A DNA stretch of 64,000 bases, from positions 32,001 through 96,000 of the IMG/VR virus record IMGVR_UViG_3300030419_007196; one strand, 5' to 3'. The position numbers and the translations under genes were made by a program. Of the stretch, positions 57,631 through 64,000 are shown piece after piece. How positions within the stretch are numbered: position 1 is the stretch's first letter; the number at the start of each line of letters is the position of its first letter. This DNA is from a virus. Under the pieces are notes generated by a model. That model was not told where the DNA came from. It saw only the letters and a program-made list of their open reading frames with translations, and ran no database searches.

Positions 57631-58079
57631 TATAGACCCCTCTCAATTAGTTCGGCCATAGCTTCTACAAAAATTTGTTGCAGGTAATAGTCGCCAATTT
57701 CGCTGGTACTATAACCCAAAGATACACCGCCAATAGAATAGGAGGCGCCCTTTTTTGCCTCCGCTATGGACTTAAGTTCGCTGTCTATTTTTCTAGCTAT
57801 GAACTTATCGTCCTTAATTGTTTTAGATAGGAATGCGCCAAGTCTGTAGAGTTTTCTAAAATTAACATCAATTTCTTTGACAAACTCTTCGTACCAGTTA
57901 GTATTCTTCAAATATGCGACTGCCCTTGCTTCATAGTTGGATTGTGGTCCGGGCGCTTTAGCAATATTATTTAAGATATTTGGAAAATCACCCAGCACTT
58001 TATCAACAATAAAAATTTTTGCCCTCTCGTGGCAAACAGAACCTAAAACAAATTTTACATATTCAGCTTTACCTAACAT
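57630..58079 (-). CDS. Hypothetical protein
   Basis: 149-aa ORF, SD AAGGA. Confidence 0.65.
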   Translation of the reverse strand: MLGKAEYVKFVLGSVCHERAKIFIVDKVLGDFPNILNNIAKAPGPQSNYEARAVAYLKNTNWYEEFVKEIDVNFRKLYRLGAFLSKTIKDDKFIARKIDSELKSIAEAKKGASYSIGGVSLGYSTSEIGDYYLQQIFVEAMAELIERGL

Positions 58080-58090
58080 TCTCTAATCCT

Positions 58091-60556
58091 TTATTTTTTT
58101 GACAACAATTTTTTTACAAAAGCTTTTCTAACAAGCCCTTTTGCATAAAGATCTTTGAGCGATTTTTCGCCGGCCTCATCTTTCTTGGAATCTAAAGTTA
58201 CAACAAATCCCGGCTCATATACAAAACAATTCTCTTTATTATAAACTCCAAATATGACACGAATTGGCTTGTCTGGAATTGTATTATAAAAATCAACGTC
58301 GAACTTTTCTTTTTTACCCGGCTTACATAAGGAGCCGCCGGCACCCTTTATTATATTTTCTACTTCGCTTTTGGTATAGTACCCTTTCAAATATGCATCC
58401 CGAAGAGTAAGCTCCTTCCCGCTTTTAAACTCCTCAGAATCTTCAGGCGGTATAACAACATAATACAGCGATATCTGCTGTGCAAATTCTTGATCGGTGG
58501 GCGCAGGCGCTTGGTCATCTCTAGCGGCAAAAATTTCTTTTATACTAGCTTCGAAAGATTTTTCATATGCGCCCTTTTTCTTCTCTGTCTCTGCAGCAAT
58601 TTTGGCCATGTTAATATCAAATATATCTAAAACTGCATGGCTATATGTAGTTTCAAAAAGCTCTGCTTCTCCGCAAATATCTGCCAAAGTTGAATTTTCC
58701 AGATTCTTTGAAATATCAGAGTTATCGTAAACCCATTTGAGCGGTGGGCCACCATTCATCAGATAATCTGTGAAAAACTTAGTTGATGAGGTTCCATTTA
58801 TTGTTTTATTCCACACGTCATAATCTGTGTTCGCGCCCGTTTCATTAGGTAAAACTGGATTTATATCTTGTATTTCTGGGTAGTTTTGCAAAGAAGGAAA
58901 ACCTAGATAAATTTGATATTCGTTTTTTAATTGATCAAATTGAGCTTTAACACCTTGATTAAACAAGTTGTTCAAGCCAAGAGTGTTCAGAACATTATTG
59001 ATAGGAATTGCAGGCACCCTGTTGTTTATATTTAAAATCTGGCATATTTCTGCCAAATAAGCCTGCGCATCTTCCTTCATTTTGCTATCTACTTTTTGAC
59101 ATGGTTCCGCTGGGCAATCTTTTGGACTTGCGTCCTCAACAAGCTGAAAAACGTTGACATTCTCTCTTAAGAATTTAAAAAATTTCAAAATCCTTTTTTC
59201 TGTATCTAACTTTAGCACTATAAACTGTTTTCTATTGCCAATTTCTATCATGTCCGCTATAGTAAAGCAATTATACTCACCCAACATGAGATAAACTAGT
59301 TCTTTTGTGCCCAATTCCCTTGTTGCATCGACCATTTCATACTTTTTTGTTGCAACATTAAACTGCTTTCTCTTATAAACTTCACTTTTAAAGTCGTAAA
59401 TAGCAGTAAAATATTTTCGAATAACAACAATTAGGCTGGCAATCGCCATAGAATTTTCCTCTTTAGAGGGGGTTTTCCATAATCCAAGTTTATTTTTAGT
59501 GGTTCCCTCTGGGGGTGGTCCAATTGAGGCTTTTTGAGCCTCTAATAGGCCATGTACTCTTGCTTCTTTTATACCCTCTGTAAGCACAGAATCAGAAATA
59601 CTTTCATTAAGATTGAGCTTTTCTAGCGAATTATCTATAAATTCTGACAGGCTACCTATTGATTCGTCCTCAAACGATTCAACCAATCCGTCTGTGAGAC
59701 GAAGCATGATCTTTGACAGTTTTCTGATTAAAGGTGTGAGTGCAACACATGTAGCGTAACAAAGAGCCTCTATCAATAATTTTCTTAAGATTAAATGAAT
59801 ATTCACATTTGGAATTAAAGGTACTGGTGGCAGTTTAAACAAAGGTAAAACGTCTGGAAATTCTGGCAGATCTTTTCTTATAATTGTTGTAAGTTCTGCG
59901 CCGCATGGCTCGATTTCTCTGGTAATTTGCTCTATTTCTTCCTGCGATAGAGCGCCGACAATCTTCTTCAAAAGTTCTCTTATATAAAATGACATCAAAA
60001 ACTGAAGGGGTATTGCATTAAAAAACTGTTCAAAGTATGGATTGACACATGCGGTGGGGTCTGTTGGCCTAGTTAATTGATCTAGTACAGAAAGTAAATT
60101 TGTAATAGTGTCAAACCCCAAGCCATCTTCTGCTATATCCTTTACAAACTCTTCCGATTCTGCATACAAGGGAGATTTTAGTAAACACCCATATGCCGTT
60201 TCTCCAAGCGCCTCTTTACTAAAAGGGTCTGTTTCTTCTTGAGGTTCTTGAAAAGCTACATTCAAAATATCATCAGGTGCGCTTTTACCATTTAATTTTT
60301 TCCCCTTACAAAAAGAAGTTGATTGATTGGCAGACTGATTTAATTCAACGAGCAAATCATTAAGTTTTTCTATATTAGTAAAAGAAGATCCATACGCGAG
60401 CGCGGCGTTAAATAACGGGCCGGCGGATACATCAAAAAAGGCACTATATAAGCCGTCTTCCAGCCCGCCCGGGTTTACACCGGAATCTTCCGATTGATTT
60501 TCGATCCTTTTTTTATCTAAAGTATCGTTTTTAATTTGTTGTTTTTTCTCAGTCAT
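58091..60556 (-). CDS. Large helical hypothetical protein
   Basis: 821 aa with scattered Cys and a Pro-rich LPEFPDVLPLFKLPPVP segment. Confidence 0.7.
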   Translation of the reverse strand: MTEKKQQIKNDTLDKKRIENQSEDSGVNPGGLEDGLYSAFFDVSAGPLFNAALAYGSSFTNIEKLNDLLVELNQSANQSTSFCKGKKLNGKSAPDDILNVAFQEPQEETDPFSKEALGETAYGCLLKSPLYAESEEFVKDIAEDGLGFDTITNLLSVLDQLTRPTDPTACVNPYFEQFFNAIPLQFLMSFYIRELLKKIVGALSQEEIEQITREIEPCGAELTTIIRKDLPEFPDVLPLFKLPPVPLIPNVNIHLILRKLLIEALCYATCVALTPLIRKLSKIMLRLTDGLVESFEDESIGSLSEFIDNSLEKLNLNESISDSVLTEGIKEARVHGLLEAQKASIGPPPEGTTKNKLGLWKTPSKEENSMAIASLIVVIRKYFTAIYDFKSEVYKRKQFNVATKKYEMVDATRELGTKELVYLMLGEYNCFTIADMIEIGNRKQFIVLKLDTEKRILKFFKFLRENVNVFQLVEDASPKDCPAEPCQKVDSKMKEDAQAYLAEICQILNINNRVPAIPINNVLNTLGLNNLFNQGVKAQFDQLKNEYQIYLGFPSLQNYPEIQDINPVLPNETGANTDYDVWNKTINGTSSTKFFTDYLMNGGPPLKWVYDNSDISKNLENSTLADICGEAELFETTYSHAVLDIFDINMAKIAAETEKKKGAYEKSFEASIKEIFAARDDQAPAPTDQEFAQQISLYYVVIPPEDSEEFKSGKELTLRDAYLKGYYTKSEVENIIKGAGGSLCKPGKKEKFDVDFYNTIPDKPIRVIFGVYNKENCFVYEPGFVVTLDSKKDEAGEKSLKDLYAKGLVRKAFVKKLLSKK

Positions 60557-60557
60557 T

Positions 60558-61373
60558 TTAATTCAATTTGTGATGGTCACTAAGATAATTACCTTCGACT
60601 GCTGGACTTTGGTTCCAAGCGTTTAATATCGAGTTTAATTCAGTAATAACGTTGTCAACCTGACCTTTAATTTCTGAAGGGGTAACTAAAACACCGTGAA
60701 CGATGGCAGCAATTGATGGCGCTGATGGTAAAACGCCGGCTGGTACCTGTGGCACAAAATGGAAATGGCCGGCGAATATTTTGGTCAAAGCTATCATGCG
60801 GAAAGCCAAATCAAATTGATTGTTATTAATATTACTTATAACCGTTTCTAGGTTGTGTATTGTCTTTCTAAGGCTTTTTCCCTTCACCATGGGTTCTAAC
60901 GTGTCGGCGCTTTTTCCGTGGATTAGAGACACCCCAGCGCCCGTATTAAGCGACTTTTTATCCCTTACCAAACCCGTGTGCATATTGATGCCGCCCTTGC
61001 CGAACGCAACGTATCGATGATCATCTGCAAAAATTGTCACGTTAGAGAGTCCTTTTTCTGTTTCTGTGGTCGCTTGATTTTTCACCGGCTGAGGCAGTAC
61101 AATACCATTAGGATTTCTATCTGGATTGAGAACATAACTTGTAGAGGCGGCTTGGTTAATGAATATTCCTGCTGCGCTCAACGATGCCTTAACCTCAGAA
61201 ACTAATTTATCAGAATCGTCATTATTTATTGTGTTTGCGCCGGCCACTAATATTACTCGATCTGGCGCACGAATATTTTCTACTTTTCCATGCCTGTCTA
61301 ATTGATAATTTTCATCAATAATGATCGCAGCGGATCCGTTTGACTCAACAATTTTTGCCTCTTTATTGTTCAT
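60558..61373 (-). CDS. Putative baseplate central spike C-terminal-like protein
   Basis: LEPMVKGKSL followed by GHFH (HxH); position upstream of gp25. Confidence 0.4.
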   Translation of the reverse strand: MNNKEAKIVESNGSAAIIIDENYQLDRHGKVENIRAPDRVILVAGANTINNDDSDKLVSEVKASLSAAGIFINQAASTSYVLNPDRNPNGIVLPQPVKNQATTETEKGLSNVTIFADDHRYVAFGKGGINMHTGLVRDKKSLNTGAGVSLIHGKSADTLEPMVKGKSLRKTIHNLETVISNINNNQFDLAFRMIALTKIFAGHFHFVPQVPAGVLPSAPSIAAIVHGVLVTPSEIKGQVDNVITELNSILNAWNQSPAVEGNYLSDHHKLN

Positions 61374-62023
61374 TAGCTTCTCTTCTCTTTTGTTCCTGCC
61401 TGTGATGTTCTTGGTATGTGTTTAACCAATTCAGGCTCTCTAAGATTATCTCTATCATTAAATTTAAATATAAATTTTTGTTTTTTGTTACTGTTAATGC
61501 CACCATACTGGCTCTTATCAAAATTAACCCTCAGAAGAAAACTGGCTATGATTTCCTCTTCCAAAATTTGTATTTCTGCTATGTCCTTAACTATCTTTTT
61601 TCTAGGGAATAATACATGATAGAGTCCCTCTGAATAAAGAAAAAGAGAGACTCTATCTTGAATTTGAGAATAATCTAGTTTGCCACGGCCGCTGACTCGG
61701 TTTTCATCTATGTTTCTGTCATAGAAGGGGTCTGCGACAATATAATTTATATCTAAGCCCGGGCGGAAAGCGTTTTTAACTCTGCCAACTTTAGAAGTGG
61801 CAGATGGGTCGGCAGTTTCTAGGGCCTCTTTGGTGGTAACAGTTGTTGTGGTTCCAACAACGCGATATTCGATCACGCCGACATATTCGTTTTGTCTTTT
61901 TCCTTCAGAAGTTGGTTCTTCTTTTTCAATTGCCCTTTCAAGAAGTTTTATAAAGTTTGTATCCGGATTTAAAAAATTTAAAGATGGATCTCTCTTAACA
62001 GATGGTCTAGCAGGCTTTGTCAT
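61373..62023 (-). CDS. Hypothetical protein
   Basis: 216-aa coupled ORF. Confidence 0.65.
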   Translation of the reverse strand: MTKPARPSVKRDPSLNFLNPDTNFIKLLERAIEKEEPTSEGKRQNEYVGVIEYRVVGTTTTVTTKEALETADPSATSKVGRVKNAFRPGLDINYIVADPFYDRNIDENRVSGRGKLDYSQIQDRVSLFLYSEGLYHVLFPRKKIVKDIAEIQILEEEIIASFLLRVNFDKSQYGGINSNKKQKFIFKFNDRDNLREPELVKHIPRTSQAGTKEKRS

Positions 62024-62328
62024 TTTTCAGCCGCCTTGTTACCTTCACCCTGTATCACTTCAAAAATATTGTTTGTCTCTTCATCAGTTAAAGTTAAGTC
62101 CTCTTCAACCTGTTGCTGTTTTGCCAACATGTTTGCAAGTTTAACCAATTGTTCGTTAGATCTTTGAAGCGTCTCAACGTATTTGGCAGCTATTACACCA
62201 GACCTGCTATGGTTTGTTTCACCACTCTGTATTTCACCGCGCAACTCATTAAGCAGATCAACGGTAAGTTTTCTATCATCTTGTATGTTTTGTATACTAT
62301 CTTGAATTAATTTTTTTGCATCAGCCAT
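62020..62328 (-). CDS. Helical hypothetical protein (possible terminase small subunit)
   Basis: AKYVETLQRSNEQLVKLA loosely resembles the gp16 helical core; the function call is weak. Confidence 0.35.
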   Translation of the reverse strand: MADAKKLIQDSIQNIQDDRKLTVDLLNELRGEIQSGETNHSRSGVIAAKYVETLQRSNEQLVKLANMLAKQQQVEEDLTLTDEETNNIFEVIQGEGNKAAEK

Positions 62329-62332
62329 ACAA

Positions 62333-62339
62333 TAAATAT
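62333..62339 (-). promoter_or_regulatory. Putative late promoter variant ATATTTA, near-leaderless
   Basis: AATATTTAttgtATG: 4 nt to start, directly after the sigma gene. Confidence 0.45.
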
Positions 62340-62347
62340 TATTAACG

Positions 62348-63046
62348 TTAAAATTCTGCCTTATTCCACTGATGTTTAAAAGTCCTGTATCTCTCTCTGT
62401 ATTTTTTCAAACTAGTGGCGATTTGTTTTGTATTGAGACCAGTTAATTCTCTTAAATAAAGAAAAATAGCTTTTTTATTTAAAATTTCAACATCATCCGG
62501 ATTTTCAAGTATTGTTTTAATAGCGTGCAATACCCTTGCGTCATTTGTTATATGCTCTGTTTTTTGTTCCGCAGAGAGCCACCCATCTATATTTATTAAA
62601 AGATGTTGCCAAAACTCTGCAGCCTCTCTTTGTTCATTTAAACGATTTATTGTGACGAGCTTTTCCTCTTCCATGTTACCATGAACGTCATTAATGTCAA
62701 TCTCGCGGCTAGCCCTCTTAGCATTTTTTTTCGCCTGTTGGATAAACCAATTTTTTGTTACAACTGAAAAATAAGAAAATGCCTTGTGGCCACGCGATGC
62801 GTCATATTTTTCCAAAATTGTGACGAGCCAAAGCTTGCAATCATCCCTTAAATAATCTGAGTTGGGTAACGAGGTAAACTTATAAGTGTAGCAAATCTTA
62901 TCAACCATTTCATTAAACGCGGGCTGAATCCATTTTTCGTACAATTTTTCTTTTTTATATCTATCTTTAGTTGTTGCGTATTCTACTATTGCCAGTTCGT
63001 GTTCTTTTGTAAAATAGTGATTTTTTTTCCTCTTTCTTCTAGCCAT
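62348..63046 (-). CDS. Late transcription sigma factor (gp55/sigma70 region 2-like)
   Basis: NHYFT N-terminus; LEKYDASRGHKAFSYFSVVTKNW resembles sigma region 2; HTH-like C-terminus. Confidence 0.75.
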   Translation of the reverse strand: MARRKRKKNHYFTKEHELAIVEYATTKDRYKKEKLYEKWIQPAFNEMVDKICYTYKFTSLPNSDYLRDDCKLWLVTILEKYDASRGHKAFSYFSVVTKNWFIQQAKKNAKRASREIDINDVHGNMEEEKLVTINRLNEQREAAEFWQHLLINIDGWLSAEQKTEHITNDARVLHAIKTILENPDDVEILNKKAIFLYLRELTGLNTKQIATSLKKYRERYRTFKHQWNKAEF

Positions 63047-63312
63047 TATTGTTCCTCATCAGAAAACCCAGCTAAAAAAGATTCAATATCATCTATAACA
63101 TCTTTGCTGTGTAGAATTAGTTTCTCTATCGTGGGTTCACCAACATAAATTTCTGAATTGTTTAGTTGATTTAAATGTTCCCTAAAGACTTCTATTGATG
63201 ACATTACGTTATCATAGTTGTCGTTAACAAACATCAACCTGTTAAACAGTTTATAGTTTACCCACAAAGATACAACTGTAACTACCAACACCATTATTTC
63301 AAAAACGATCAT
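63046..63312 (-). CDS. Small membrane-anchored hypothetical protein
   Basis: N-terminal TM; YVGEPTIEKLILHSK. Confidence 0.65.
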   Translation of the reverse strand: MIVFEIMVLVVTVVSLWVNYKLFNRLMFVNDNYDNVMSSIEVFREHLNQLNNSEIYVGEPTIEKLILHSKDVIDDIESFLAGFSDEEQ

Positions 63313-63565
63313 CGTCTTTCTCCTTGTAATCTTCTATGTGTTTTTTTAAATCTTGTTTTGCGCGCACAATTGCATCTTCGACAACCTCTCCGACCTCTTT
63401 ATCATTTTTAAGATCGTTTTTTTTATATGTCAAAAAACTTGGAGGGATTTTATATGGTGCACCCTCAAGACAATGTGGGCAAATGTCCGGAGTGGGAGCA
63501 GAAATAGACGCCCACTCTGACCATTCCTTATCGCAGCCGTCGCACCTATACAGGTACTTAGGCAT
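63299..63565 (-). CDS. FmdB-family zinc ribbon protein
   Basis: MPKYLYRCDGC...ICPHC. Confidence 0.8.
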   Translation of the reverse strand: MPKYLYRCDGCDKEWSEWASISAPTPDICPHCLEGAPYKIPPSFLTYKKNDLKNDKEVGEVVEDAIVRAKQDLKKHIEDYKEKDDDRF

Positions 63566-63740
63566 TTGCTTCCGACTTAAGTTCGAATGTTGGTGGGTTT
63601 AACACAACCAACTCGTCAGGCGCTGTATCTTCAGCGATAAAGTCCATTCCCTTTAGAACTGGAACAATATCCGACTCTTCCAGTAGTGATTTTTGCAGGG
63701 CCATCATAATAGCCCCAAGTGCTTGATCTGATAATTTCAT
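63558..63740 (-). CDS. Small hypothetical protein
   Basis: 60 aa, SD GGAG. Confidence 0.7.
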   Translation of the reverse strand: MKLSDQALGAIMMALQKSLLEESDIVPVLKGMDFIAEDTAPDELVVLNPPTFELKSEANA

Positions 63741-63752
63741 TTAAATTCTCCA

Positions 63753-64000
63753 TTAAATATAAGCAGCATTCCTTAATAAGGATCTGCCTTGTCCATTCTT
63801 AAATTTTTTTAAATTCATAAAGCAACTATTAATCCCCTCTTGTATGGAGATAGATGCCTTCCAACCAATTTGTTCTAATCCTGTTATATCTGCCTTTGTT
63901 AGAAGCACATCGCCCTTTCTTGGTGGCCGTGATTCAAACTCAATATTTGGAAAATGTTGCCTAATGATCTGTATTACTTCGTTTAATGATATGTTACTGC
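63753..64000 (-). CDS. NAD-dependent nucleotide-sugar epimerase/dehydratase, C-terminal part (5' truncated; not in the ORF track)
   Basis: My translation ISLNEVIQII...PPRKGDVLLTKADITGLEQIGWKASISIQEGI matches the extended-SDR C-terminal R-x-GD...AD...GW...EG pattern. Confidence 0.8.
   Translation of the reverse strand, partial: SNISLNEVIQIIRQHFPNIEFESRPPRKGDVLLTKADITGLEQIGWKASISIQEGINSCFMNLKKFKNGQGRSLLRNAAYI

Noticed and set aside
852-63602. All plus-strand ORFs and short nested minus-strand ORFs in the track
   Set aside because: They lie antisense or out of frame within well-supported genes and show no recognisable motifs.
1-64000. Stop-codon reassignment
   Set aside because: Core genes are full length under the standard code, and TAA, TAG and TGA all terminate genes.
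1-64000. CRISPR arrays, tRNAs, introns, inteins, IS elements, DGR repeats
   Set aside because: Intergenic gaps are under about 120 bp. I saw no repeat-spacer units, cloverleafs, intein motifs in terminase/primase/portal, reverse transcriptase, or nucleotide-level repeats among the paralogs.

Overview
64 kb, AT-rich segment (roughly 35-38% GC by eye) of a large T4-like myovirus, probably an uncultured aquatic phage. Every credible gene is on the minus strand. In transcription order (right to left) it contains: the end of a nucleotide-sugar epimerase, a zinc-ribbon protein, a gp55-like late sigma factor, a long baseplate block (gp25, gp6, a 2148-aa LamG protein, tail-collar-like proteins), RuvC-like resolvase, primase, a fused Mre11-Rad50, a putative lysis cassette, terminase, portal, prohead protease, ribosomal protein bS21, scaffold, major capsid protein, four tandem paralogous capsid-associated genes, neck, tail terminator, sheath, tubes, tail chaperone, tape measure and hub. 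Signals not explained by that annotation: (1) a [S/T]-[G/A/S]-S tripeptide strongly enriched in a subset of virion proteins (candidate glycosylation sequon); (2) an uncalled 20-aa, 9-Cys metallothionein-like ORF and a 21-aa ORF; (3) at least 47 copies of the palindrome GCCGGC; (4) a CTAWTTA late-promoter-like motif ahead of both Shine-Dalgarno-led and nearly leaderless genes, with a phage bS21 in the same module; (5) a likely +1 frameshift in the tail chaperone; (6) a tail-collar domain apparently split across separate genes. All family calls come from motif recognition and gene order, not database searches, and all counts are by eye.
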